Shown: positions 1-8,361 of the stretch, piece after piece
Layout: every line of letters starts with the position of its first letter
How positions within the stretch are numbered: position 1 is the stretch's first letter
From: Meiothermus sp.
Lineage (GTDB): Bacteria; Deinococcota; Deinococci; Deinococcales; Thermaceae
DNA length: 64,000 bases
Direction of reading: 5' to 3'
NCBI GenBank assembly: GCA_033762915.1
Contig: JANRLD010000084.1
Coordinates: 23,449 to 87,448 of the forward strand
Translations under genes and position numbers: made by a program
The notes under the pieces: generated by a model
What the model was told of the DNA's origin: nothing
The model's input: only the letters and a program-made list of their open reading frames with translations
Database searches by the model: none

Positions 1-410
1 GCTCTGAGTAGGTAGTTGGGTTGGGCCCATTCCACATCCGCACGGGCCGCCAGCCCCCGCGCCACCGCCTCTACTGAGGCCGAGGCACTGGCCCGGTACA
101 GCTCGACGTTCTCGAGGGCCAGCCGGCGCACCCGTTGCAGCTCTAATCCGCCCGCGTTCAGTCGCTCGAGGCGTTGCAGCGAGACCCCGGGTCGGAACTT
201 GACGATCACTTCACCCGGAACCCACCCGATCTCGGTCGATTCTGTTGGGCGCTCGAGGGTGGACAAAACCGGCAAGCTCAGGCCGCTGCCGCCCAAGTTT
301 AGCCGTACCGAACCGCTCAGGGTGTTGGGCGGGGCTGAGGGGGTGGTGCAAGCGCCAAGCAGCGCTGCTAGAAGGCCAGCAAAAACCCACTTTCTGTTGG
401 TCCAACTCAT
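1..410 (-). CDS. S8 (subtilisin-like) peptidase lipoprotein, N-terminal part; runs off the window start
   Basis: Not in the ORF track; my translation from ATG at 410 (RBS GGAGG) gives MSWTNRKWVFAGLLAALLGAC (lipobox), then PGEVIVKFRPG...VEWAQPNYLLR, a typical S8 propeptide. The catalytic domain is outside the window. Confidence 0.7.
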   Translation of the reverse strand, partial: MSWTNRKWVFAGLLAALLGACTTPSAPPNTLSGSVRLNLGGSGLSLPVLSTLERPTESTEIGWVPGEVIVKFRPGVSLQRLERLNAGGLELQRVRRLALENVELYRASASASVEAVARGLAARADVEWAQPNYLLR

Positions 411-454
411 GGCTTCCTCCGTTGCAGGGTGGGACGCGCCCACCGACGGGCAGC

Positions 455-548
455 AATCTAGCGGCAAGGCTGTGACGCCGCTGTGACCCAGGGATGCTCG
501 AGACCGCTCACCCCGGTCACGCCGCCGTCACAGGGGTGGGTCTACACT
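455..548. promoter_or_regulatory. Divergent promoter pair, each with two GTCAC heptamer direct repeats (11-bp period) ending 10 nt before a -10 hexamer
   Basis: Plus strand: GGTCACG-CCGC-CGTCACA-N10-TACACT (515-548). Minus strand: GGTCACA-GCGG-CGTCACA-N10-TAGATT (488-455). Confidence 0.65.
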
Positions 549-578
549 CACGCTCGGAAGTTTGGAGGAGGTGCCCAG

Positions 579-746
579 ATGAACCACGAGATACATATCC
601 AGTTTGCCCGCATGAGACAGCAAGCCCTTCTCGCCGAGCGGTCCCTTCTTGCCCAGACTCTAGAGCACCAGTCTTGGGTGGCCCGGGTACAAAACTGGCT
701 GTTCCACAGCGAAGCCCTCTTCCGCGCCGCCGCGCTTAACCGATAG
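579..746 (+). CDS. Small hypothetical protein (55 aa)
   Basis: Strong RBS GGAGGAGG before ATG; MNHEIHIQFARMRQQALLAE... Confidence 0.65.
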   Translation: MNHEIHIQFARMRQQALLAERSLLAQTLEHQSWVARVQNWLFHSEALFRAAALNR

Positions 747-756
747 GAGTACCACC

Positions 757-972
757 GTGAACCAGATTCATCCCATCCTCGCCGAAGTCTTTACTTCCGA
801 ACTGCGCCAACAGACCCAAGCCGCCGGGGCCACCAGCTTTAAGACCGACGAACTGGCCCTCTGGCAGGCCGACCAAAAAGCCTCGGGTTGTCCCGAAGCC
901 GTCCGACCCCACGTCCTCAAGATTGGCCACTTCACCTTCTGGCTGAGCAAACCCAAACCTCAGCCCTGCTAA
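757..972 (+). CDS. Small hypothetical protein (71 aa)
   Basis: RBS AGGAG overlapping the previous stop; GTG start. Confidence 0.6.
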   Translation: MNQIHPILAEVFTSELRQQTQAAGATSFKTDELALWQADQKASGCPEAVRPHVLKIGHFTFWLSKPKPQPC

Positions 973-983
973 AGGAGTACCCT

Positions 984-1151
984 GTGTATAGCTCGAGTCC
1001 CATACAAATCGAACTCCTCGCCAAGCACAAACTGTGCGAGTTGCGACACCCCTACCATGCGCCCAAGCCTCCCACTCACCGCACTTGGTTTAGCCGCCTG
1101 CAAAGCTGGCTAAACAGCAACCCACCGCACCTTCCTTCCAAGGCTGTTTAA
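984..1151 (+). CDS. Small hypothetical protein (55 aa)
   Basis: RBS AAGGAG right after the previous stop, GTG at 984; WFSRLQSWL echoes WVARVQNWL of ORF 579. Confidence 0.55.
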   Translation: MYSSSPIQIELLAKHKLCELRHPYHAPKPPTHRTWFSRLQSWLNSNPPHLPSKAV

Positions 1152-1197
1152 GCCCAATCGCGCCACTCGATGCGGTGGGACCAATCAGGAGAAAGCC

Positions 1198-1644
1198 ATG
1201 ATGTTCTACCTTTACATACCGCTGGTTCTCACTGCCCTTCTAACGGGTTGCGGACAAGGTTCCAGTAGCTCGTCCCCTACCCCCGGCGCACTGCAAAGCG
1301 CCAACGGTCAGCCCCTGCCGGCCAAGTTGCTGGATACTTTGATCAACGATGGCGCAAACAAGCCGTACCGTTTCCAGGTATTCGTCAACAGCGGGACGTT
1401 TAAGCTCGAGGGCAATAAGTACGAGCAAGAAGTCTACCTACAAGATTTCGTGGACGGCATACCGTCGAGACGCTGGCGCTGGAAGGAGTTTGGTACCTGC
1501 ACCCCCAGCGGCGAGAAGCTGCTGTGCGAGTCGGGCTATATCCAAAACTACCGCCTCGAGCTGACCCAGCAGGGCAACACCCTGGTCACGCGCCAGAACT
1601 TCACCGACCCCGCCCTCGAGGGCAGCTATGTTTTCGGCAAATAG
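1198..1644 (+). CDS. Hypothetical lipoprotein
   Basis: RBS AGGAG, lipobox LLTGC, Ser-rich linker, beta-rich body. Confidence 0.8.
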   Translation: MMFYLYIPLVLTALLTGCGQGSSSSSPTPGALQSANGQPLPAKLLDTLINDGANKPYRFQVFVNSGTFKLEGNKYEQEVYLQDFVDGIPSRRWRWKEFGTCTPSGEKLLCESGYIQNYRLELTQQGNTLVTRQNFTDPALEGSYVFGK

Positions 1645-1683
1645 TAAACCACACCCGAATGCCGCCCGCCCTGGAGAAACACC

Positions 1684-2643
1684 ATGAAGCGTCGTTTATC
1701 CATCCTGCTGATCCCCGCGTTCGGCCTGCTCGCGGCCTGCGCCCCGGCGATGAACTGGGCTGTGTACACCTCCGACCCCGACAAGGCCAGGCTCATCACC
1801 TCCGACATCGCCAACTTCTGGCAAGCCTACGACCAGGGCAAGTCCGGCGACCTGAGGCAGTCGCTCGAGAGCCTGTACCTGGGCAAAGCCAGCTCCGGCC
1901 TAAAGGACTGGGTTCGGCTCCGCCTAAAGAGCGGCGAGCAACTGGCCCAGACCGTCCAGGCCAAGCGCGGCTACTACGAGTCCACCAGGGCTAGCACCTC
2001 GCGCATCGCCGAACTTGAGCCGCAGATCCGCCGATCCTTCGGCAGGCTCAAACAGCTCTACCCCGAGGCGGTTTTCCCCGACGTGTACTTCGTGATCGGG
2101 CGCATGAACAGCGGCGGCACCTTCGGCCCCAGCGGCCTGCTGATCGGGGCCGAACTCTACGGGCGCACCCCGCACAGCCCCACCGCCGAACTCGACGACT
2201 GGGAGAAGGCGGTCACCCAGCCGGTGGAGCAACTGCCCTACCTGGTGGCGCACGAGCTGATCCACGCCCAGCAGAGGTACCGTATGTTGATCCCGACCCT
2301 GCTGGCCCAGTCGGTGAAGGAAGGCAGCGCCGACTTCATCGCCGAACTGATCGCCGGGGGGCACGCCAACCCCTCCCTACACCGGTACGGCGATGCCAAT
2401 GAGAAGGCCCTATGGCTCGAGTTCAAGACCGCCATGCACGGCACCGACCTCAGCAACTGGCTCTACCAGGGCTCCAAGAGCACCGACCGCCCCGCCGACC
2501 TGGGCTACTACGTCGGCTACAAGATCGTCGAGGCGTACTACCAGCGGGCCACGGACAAACAGAAAGCCATCCGGGAGATTCTGCACATACAAGACTTCGA
2601 CGCCTTCTTGGGAGCCAGTGGGTACGCGGCCCGGTTCGAGTAG
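1684..2643 (+). CDS. DUF2268-like predicted Zn-dependent protease lipoprotein
   Basis: Lipobox LLAAC, HELIH (HExxH), EGSADF and DLGYYVGY motifs. Confidence 0.8.
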   Translation: MKRRLSILLIPAFGLLAACAPAMNWAVYTSDPDKARLITSDIANFWQAYDQGKSGDLRQSLESLYLGKASSGLKDWVRLRLKSGEQLAQTVQAKRGYYESTRASTSRIAELEPQIRRSFGRLKQLYPEAVFPDVYFVIGRMNSGGTFGPSGLLIGAELYGRTPHSPTAELDDWEKAVTQPVEQLPYLVAHELIHAQQRYRMLIPTLLAQSVKEGSADFIAELIAGGHANPSLHRYGDANEKALWLEFKTAMHGTDLSNWLYQGSKSTDRPADLGYYVGYKIVEAYYQRATDKQKAIREILHIQDFDAFLGASGYAARFE

Positions 2644-2697
2644 GGAAAATCACAAGGCGATCGGAGCTTCCCGCCATCGCCCGGTACGGGGAGTTAG

Positions 2698-2838
2698 CTG
2701 AGGCCCTCGAAGCTAACGTGCTTATGGACTCAGCTGTCCCGGAGTTCCCTTCGGTGGCGCAGAGCGCTTCGCCTCAGGGAACTCCTCCGCACCGGGGAAT
2801 AGCAAGAAGCGCTGTAAGGAGGATAGCCGTGAACTACC
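2698..2838 (+). repeat. 141-bp structured repeat, copy 1 (attC-like hairpin including the RBS and start of the next gene)
   Basis: Differs from 3670-3811 by 4 substitutions and 1 indel; stem GGAGTTCCCT/AGGGAACTCC; ends CTAACGTGCTT...AAGCGCTGTAAG. Confidence 0.9.
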
Positions 2839-3569
2839 GATGGTGTGTTGTTGGTGTTTTGCTGCTGGGTCTGCTGGGCTGCTCCGCGCCCCAAACGGCA
2901 AGCGCCGGAGTGTACGTAATCTCGTCAACGGATCTGTATCAGGTGGAGTTGCCCCCAGGCCAGCTCGAGCGGCGCATCGGCAAACTCCGCGACGCGCAGG
3001 GCAACGGCGTCGTCCTGCTGGACATCGCGCTCAACCCCAGGGACGGGCAACTCTACGGGGTCAACGACGCCCTCTACCGCATAGACAAAAACACCGCCGT
3101 CCTGACCCGCGTCGGCGACGGCTTGCAGGCGGCTGCGCCGGGGATCTCGAGCGAGGCCGTAGCGCTGGCCTTCTCGAGCGACGGCGTGCTCTACACGGGC
3201 GTGGACGGAAACCGGCTCGCCACCGTGGACACCGCCACCGGCAGGGTCGCCGTACTGGGTAGTCTGGGCGGCAGCTACAGCTACAGCGGCGACCTGGCCT
3301 TCGCGCCGGACGGGCGGCTGTTCGCCTCGGCCTCGGGCCGGGACATCAACGACGAGCTGCTGCTGGTCAACCCCCAGACCGGGGCCGGAACGCCGATAGG
3401 CAACATCGGGTTTCGCAAGGTCTACGGGATGCAATTCATCGGCGGAACCCTGTACGGTGTGAGCGAGGGCGACTCCAGCAGCCTGATCGCCGTCGACACC
3501 GCCACGGGCCAGGGGACGATGGTGAGCACGCTGGGTTTCCGCGCCTGGGGAATTCAGCGGGTCAGGTGA
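2829..3569 (+). CDS. Beta-propeller lipoprotein
   Basis: RBS AAGGAGG then GTG at 2829; lipobox LLGC; repeated blades (DIALNPRDGQLYG, LAFSSDGVLY, LAFAPDGRLF, VDTATG). Confidence 0.8.
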   Translation: MNYRWCVVGVLLLGLLGCSAPQTASAGVYVISSTDLYQVELPPGQLERRIGKLRDAQGNGVVLLDIALNPRDGQLYGVNDALYRIDKNTAVLTRVGDGLQAAAPGISSEAVALAFSSDGVLYTGVDGNRLATVDTATGRVAVLGSLGGSYSYSGDLAFAPDGRLFASASGRDINDELLLVNPQTGAGTPIGNIGFRKVYGMQFIGGTLYGVSEGDSSSLIAVDTATGQGTMVSTLGFRAWGIQRVR

Positions 3570-3669
3570 TGGGCCTTACCTCAAAGCTCCGTGGCAGCCT
3601 AGACCCTGACCCGGCCTCCGTACCCCTCGAGCCGCCCCCATTTGCATAGCTTACACGGGAGACACTTCT

Positions 3670-3811
3670 CTGAGGCCCTCGAAGCCAACTGTGCTTATGG
3701 ACTCAGCTGTCCCGGAGTTCCCTTCGGTGGCGCAGAGCGCTTCGCCTAAGGGAACTCCTCCGCACCGGGGAATGGCAAGAAGCGCTGTAAGGAGGATAGC
3801 AGTGAACTACC
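3670..3811 (+). repeat. Structured repeat, copy 2
   Basis: Direct repeat of 2698-2838 flanking the beta-propeller gene. Confidence 0.9.
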
Positions 3812-3938
3812 ACCCAGGGGGTAGGGGGTGTACTACCTGCCGCCGCCAGGGAGGTAATGGTGGAAAACGCGAAGCGACCAACAAATCCTTGAGGTTAACA
3901 CGGTGTGCAGGCTTAAGCTGCAAAATCAGGGGCCGATT

Positions 3939-4706
3939 GTGACTAATCCCGAAAAACTTCTTCATCGCTTGGAGGCGATTGCCCAATCCTTGGCGGCGTC
4001 CGTCAACGCGCTCGCGCTCATTGGACTTGGGTCGGTAGGAACCGAACTGGAGCGGCTCGACGACCACTCCGACCTCGACTTTTTCGTCATCGCCGACGAT
4101 GGATATAAACAGCGCTTCATCGCCAACCTGGACTGGCTAAGCGACATCGCCCCCGTGGCCTACAGCTTCCAAAACACCACAGACGGGCACAAGCTGCTCT
4201 ACGCCGACGGGATATTCTGCGAGTTCGCAGTGTTCGAGCGGGCCGAACTGGGAAACATACCTTTCGCGGCCGGTCGGATTGTTTGGAAAAAACCAGGCGT
4301 GGACGACTCAATCGCAACCCCCACTCGGGCGAGACCCATGAGCCCCAGTAGCGATGTCGAGTGGCAACTGGGCGAGGCGCTGACCAATCTGCTGATCGGC
4401 CTCAAGCGTTTCCGGCGGGGCGAAGGCTTGTCGGGCACCCGTTTTGTACAGAACTACGCCGTTGATCGGGTGTTGGATTTAGCCAGGCTGCTCGAGCCGG
4501 AAACTCCCTACTACCAGGACCCCTTCGGCAACGAGCGGCGCTTTGAGCGGCGCTTCCCCAGGGTCGCTGAAAACCTACCGCGCTTCGTCCAGGGCTACCG
4601 GCGCACCCCCGAATCGGCCCTGGCGATACTGGAGTTTCTCGAGCAAAACTTCGAGGTTAACCCGGCTATCGCGGAAGCGATCCGCACACTGACCCTTGAG
4701 CCCTAA
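3939..4706 (+). CDS. Nucleotidyltransferase-fold protein (Lnu/LinB- or aminoglycoside adenylyltransferase-like)
   Basis: GS...SDLDFFV NTase motif, followed by a helical C-terminal domain; substrate not assignable. Confidence 0.65.
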   Translation: MTNPEKLLHRLEAIAQSLAASVNALALIGLGSVGTELERLDDHSDLDFFVIADDGYKQRFIANLDWLSDIAPVAYSFQNTTDGHKLLYADGIFCEFAVFERAELGNIPFAAGRIVWKKPGVDDSIATPTRARPMSPSSDVEWQLGEALTNLLIGLKRFRRGEGLSGTRFVQNYAVDRVLDLARLLEPETPYYQDPFGNERRFERRFPRVAENLPRFVQGYRRTPESALAILEFLEQNFEVNPAIAEAIRTLTLEP

Positions 4707-4877
4707 CCGCAGTAGCCCCCAAGTACCTACACCCATAAACCCGGATGTGTGGAGGATTCGGGTGAACTGGGGTGACTTCAGAGATAAAGTTGCGCCAGGG
4801 CGGGGGTCAGGAACTGGCAAGGATGGACCACGTAAAAAAGCCTCGAGGGTACATCCCCATCAAATCTCTATCGGCAT

Positions 4878-5828
4878 TTAGACCTTTGCCTGGCCATCGT
4901 GAAAGTCGAACCTAGCCCCTGAAGGGACCGAGGCCCGCAAGAACGTTGCGTCGCCCGAAACCTCCACCTGCTGCCCCGCCCCGATCAGCAGGGTGTCGCC
5001 CCAGTCGAGGCCACCTTCGGCCCACTCGGCCCGACCCCGGATAAGGGTGAGGAGTAGGAAGCTATCTTCGGGGGGCCGAACCTCCCTCTTCCCCTCTACC
5101 TCCTCCTTTTCCAGCACGAAGGCCTCACAGACCAGCAGCACCCCGTCCTTTTGCATTGCCTCCGGGATTGGGGTTGGCTCGAGGCGGCTAACATCCAGGC
5201 CCTTCTCGAGGTGTAACTCGCGCCCGCGCCCGTAGTCGAAGATGCGGTAGGTCAGGTCGGAGCGCTGCTGCACCTCGTAGAGCACCAGCCCCGGCCCCAG
5301 CGCGTGAATGGTTCCGGCAGGGACGTATACCACCCGACCGGGCGTGACGGTCTGGCGATCGAGCATATCCCAGATTGAGCCGTCCTCGGCCGCGCGGGCC
5401 AGGGCGGTGCGGGACTGAGCCTGCCTTAGCCCGTACACAATCTCGCCCTGCCCATCCAGGATGTACCAAGCCTCGGTCTTGCCGTGGAAGCCGCTGGCAG
5501 CCTCGGCGCGGTGCGCGTAGGCGTCGTCGGGGTGGACCTGTACCGAGAGCCATTCCGCGGCGTCGAGGAACTTGATCAGCAGGGGCAGCTCGAGGCCGTA
5601 CTTCTCGAACGGCGCGGGGCCGATGAACTCCGCGCCCAGCTGAGGCAAAACCTCGGCCAGCTTCTTCCCGGCATACGGCCCGGTTTTCACCCGGTTCTGG
5701 TCGTAAGCCAGCCACAGCTCCCCGATGGGCTCGGCGGCATCGAGCCCCAGGCGATTGGCGATCTTGGTGCCACCCCAAATGCGGGGTACCGGCTGGGCCT
5801 CGAGGGAGAGGGCTACAGGGGGTTTCAT
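4878..5828 (-). CDS. manA: Type I phosphomannose isomerase
   Basis: RIWGG, LSVQVHP, GKTEAWY, GTIHALG, EVQQRSDLTYR; start at MKPPV. Confidence 0.9.
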   Translation of the reverse strand: MKPPVALSLEAQPVPRIWGGTKIANRLGLDAAEPIGELWLAYDQNRVKTGPYAGKKLAEVLPQLGAEFIGPAPFEKYGLELPLLIKFLDAAEWLSVQVHPDDAYAHRAEAASGFHGKTEAWYILDGQGEIVYGLRQAQSRTALARAAEDGSIWDMLDRQTVTPGRVVYVPAGTIHALGPGLVLYEVQQRSDLTYRIFDYGRGRELHLEKGLDVSRLEPTPIPEAMQKDGVLLVCEAFVLEKEEVEGKREVRPPEDSFLLLTLIRGRAEWAEGGLDWGDTLLIGAGQQVEVSGDATFLRASVPSGARFDFHDGQAKV

Positions 5829-6100
5829 GTGAGAACAACTATAGCTCAGGGTGGATAAGGGCCGAGCGGCAAAGGTACCGCCTTTGGGCCACCGCCCGTT
5901 TCGGTAGTAGAAGGGCCCTCTCGTGGGCCTAAGCCGCGCCGGGGCCGATGGGCGAGACCAGCCAAAACCCGACTTTGGTGGTCGGGCTGTCCCAGGTGCA
6001 GCGCGGTGACCCTCACCCGGCGGCCCAGACTCGAGTCGGGCCGTTGGAGGTGTCTGGATGTTCCCAGGATCTGGGTAGAACCGATAAACTATCCCCAATC

Positions 6101-6727
6101 GTGCGCATTTTGGCCCTGGCGGATCAGCAACATCCGTTCATTCACCAGTCGCGGTTTCCCGATAACCTGCCACCATTCGAGTTGGTATTGGTGGCGGGCG
6201 ACCTGCCGGGTAGCTACATCGAGTTTGTGGCCACCAAGGTCACCGTTCCGGTGATCTACGTCCACGGCAATCACAAAGAAGAGTACGTCCAAGATTATCT
6301 GGGCAACCTATCCCCGCCCGGCGGAGCCATCAAGGGACACAGCAACATCGTGAGCGTGGCAGGGCTACGGATCGCCGGATGGGGCGGATGCCCGCGCTAC
6401 AACCAGCGCGACGTTGGACAGTACACCGAGTCTGAGGCCATGACCAAGTTCGCCTCCTGGCTGCCGATGCTCAAGCCGCGCCAGCTCACGACCGGACATG
6501 GGGTGGACATCCTGCTCTCTCACGCCCCCCCGCCCGGACCCCACGCCGGAGAGGACTTCGCCCACCGGGGCAGCACCTCCCTCGAGTGGTTCCACCGCAT
6601 GTACCGCCCCCGCCTTCATGTCCACGGTCACGTTCACCTCTACGAGGCCCAGCCCAAGCGCGAGTACCTCACCAAGACCGGCGTGCGGGTGGTGAACGCG
6701 TTCGAGTACACGCTGATCGAGCTGTGA
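6101..6727 (+). CDS. Metallophosphoesterase
   Basis: LAD, AGDL, HGNH, SHAPP, HGHVH motifs. Confidence 0.85.
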   Translation: MRILALADQQHPFIHQSRFPDNLPPFELVLVAGDLPGSYIEFVATKVTVPVIYVHGNHKEEYVQDYLGNLSPPGGAIKGHSNIVSVAGLRIAGWGGCPRYNQRDVGQYTESEAMTKFASWLPMLKPRQLTTGHGVDILLSHAPPPGPHAGEDFAHRGSTSLEWFHRMYRPRLHVHGHVHLYEAQPKREYLTKTGVRVVNAFEYTLIEL

Positions 6728-6878
6728 GCAAAGGCCAGCGTGGGTGAAGAGCTTTTGGCGGTCGGCTCTACCCGCTGATCCAACAGTTTATTGCCACGCC
6801 TACAGCCCACATGCGGTTAACCGACCGCTGTTGACCGACCTCTGAGCGCTTACCTGCGTACCGCTATACAATCCCACT

Positions 6879-7682
6879 GTGAAGATTGCAAACAGCCTGA
6901 TCGTCATCAGCGGGGCCAGCAGCGGGATCGGGCAGGCCAGCGCGGTGGAGTTGGCGGCGCTGGGGGCCCGGGTGATCTTGGTGGCCCGGAGCGCGGGGAA
7001 ACTCGAGGCCACCGCCGGGCACATTCGCAAGGCGGGGGGCCAAGCCTGGGCCTTTCCCGCCGATCTATCCAGGCCCCAGGAGGCGGTGAGGCTTGCAGAA
7101 GAGGTTCTTGGTCAGCATGGCGTCCCGCAAGCCCTGATCCACAGCGCAGGTGCGGGTGAGTGGCGCTTTCTCGACGAGACCCCCATCGAGGACATCCAGC
7201 GCCTCATGGACACCCCGTTCTTCGCCGCAGCCTACCTGACCCGGGCCTTCCTGCCCGCCATGCTGCGCGAGAACCGCGGCTACATCCTCTCGGTATGCTC
7301 GCCCGCCAGCCGCCAGGTCTGGCCCGGAGCGACCGGCTACATTGCCAGCCGGTGGGCCCTCAACGGCCTGACCGAAGCCCTACGTGCCGACCTATACGGC
7401 ACCGGCCTCAAGGCGGGCTGCATGTTTCCGGCAAAAATCTCCGACAGTGCCTACTTCCAGACCAACACCGAGACCGAAGACCGCATCCCCACGATAGGCC
7501 GGGTCATCCCTCCGATCACCTCGAGACAGGCCGCGCTAGGGGTGGTACGTTGCCTCGAGCAGGAGCGCCGAATCTTGATTCAGCCCTGGCAGATGGCGGT
7601 TTTCGACGCCTTCGCCCGGATGTTTCCCAGGGTCAGCGAGTACTTCGCCTTCAGCACCGGGGCTCGCAGGCCGAACGTGTAA
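6879..7682 (+). CDS. SDR family oxidoreductase
   Basis: SGASSGIG Rossmann motif; YxxxK appears as YIASR; TACAAT 6 nt before GTG (leaderless). Confidence 0.85.
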   Translation: MKIANSLIVISGASSGIGQASAVELAALGARVILVARSAGKLEATAGHIRKAGGQAWAFPADLSRPQEAVRLAEEVLGQHGVPQALIHSAGAGEWRFLDETPIEDIQRLMDTPFFAAAYLTRAFLPAMLRENRGYILSVCSPASRQVWPGATGYIASRWALNGLTEALRADLYGTGLKAGCMFPAKISDSAYFQTNTETEDRIPTIGRVIPPITSRQAALGVVRCLEQERRILIQPWQMAVFDAFARMFPRVSEYFAFSTGARRPNV

Positions 7683-7858
7683 CCTTTTCCACCAATTGTG
7701 GCGGCTTGGAGCCCCGACCCACCCGCCGGGCAAGGTGCTAGGGCTCGCACCTGAACTGTCCCCACCTTTTGTTTTCATTGCATTGGCGCACAGCCAACAT
7801 TCTCTCGGTAACGGAGCGGTAATGGGCGACTATTAGGGTGCGGGCGGAGGTGATGGGT

Positions 7859-8356
7859 ATGACCGGCAAGCGCCGTAACGATTACGCGGCGGGGGGCTGG
7901 GTTCTGCTGGTGGTGGGGCTGTCTTTGTTGCTGGGGCAGTTCTTCCCAAACAACGGCTGGCAGATCTTGGCCCTGCTGGGGGTGGGGTTTCTGGCAGCAG
8001 GAGCGCTCATCCGCAAAGTCGGCCTTCTGATTCCGGGAGGCATTTTGAGTGGGATCGCGCTAGGGGTTTACCTTGTCGACCCGGTGCGCTCCAGTGTGCC
8101 CGAGGCCACAGCGGGCGGGGTCTTTCTGATGGCTTTCGCGGCGGGCTGGTTCATGATCACGCTGCTCTCGCCGCTGGCGGGTGGCTGGGTCTGGTGGCCG
8201 TTGATTCCGGGTTCCATCCTGGGCTTTATCGGCTGGGCGGTATACGAGGAGCGCCTCGAGTGGCTGGAGCGGCTGAGCTGGGTCTGGCCGCTGATTCTGG
8301 TGGGGCTAGGCGCCTGGGTGCTGCTTCGCCCGAAAAACCCTCAGGATAAGGGCTGA
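7859..8356 (+). CDS. Multi-pass membrane protein (LiaF/DUF5668-like N-terminal type)
   Basis: About six hydrophobic helices, WPLILVGLG motif; start uncertain (7838-7859). Confidence 0.7.
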   Translation: MTGKRRNDYAAGGWVLLVVGLSLLLGQFFPNNGWQILALLGVGFLAAGALIRKVGLLIPGGILSGIALGVYLVDPVRSSVPEATAGGVFLMAFAAGWFMITLLSPLAGGWVWWPLIPGSILGFIGWAVYEERLEWLERLSWVWPLILVGLGAWVLLRPKNPQDKG

Positions 8357-8361
8357 GCCCC

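Noticed and set aside
2412..2828. N-terminal extension of the 385-aa ORF
   Set aside because: Overlaps the DUF2268 gene and the hairpin repeat; the RBS and signal peptide place the start at 2829.
2698..3811. CRISPR array
   Set aside because: Only two 141-bp repeats separated by a whole gene; no regular short repeat-spacer pattern and no cas genes.
3691..3942. 83-aa ORF through repeat copy 2
   Set aside because: Translation of the structured repeat; no protein-like features.
6775..6840. attC-like TCCAAC...GTTGACC segment
   Set aside because: Inner boxes do not pair and it lies between ordinary genes; better explained by degenerate heptamer repeats.
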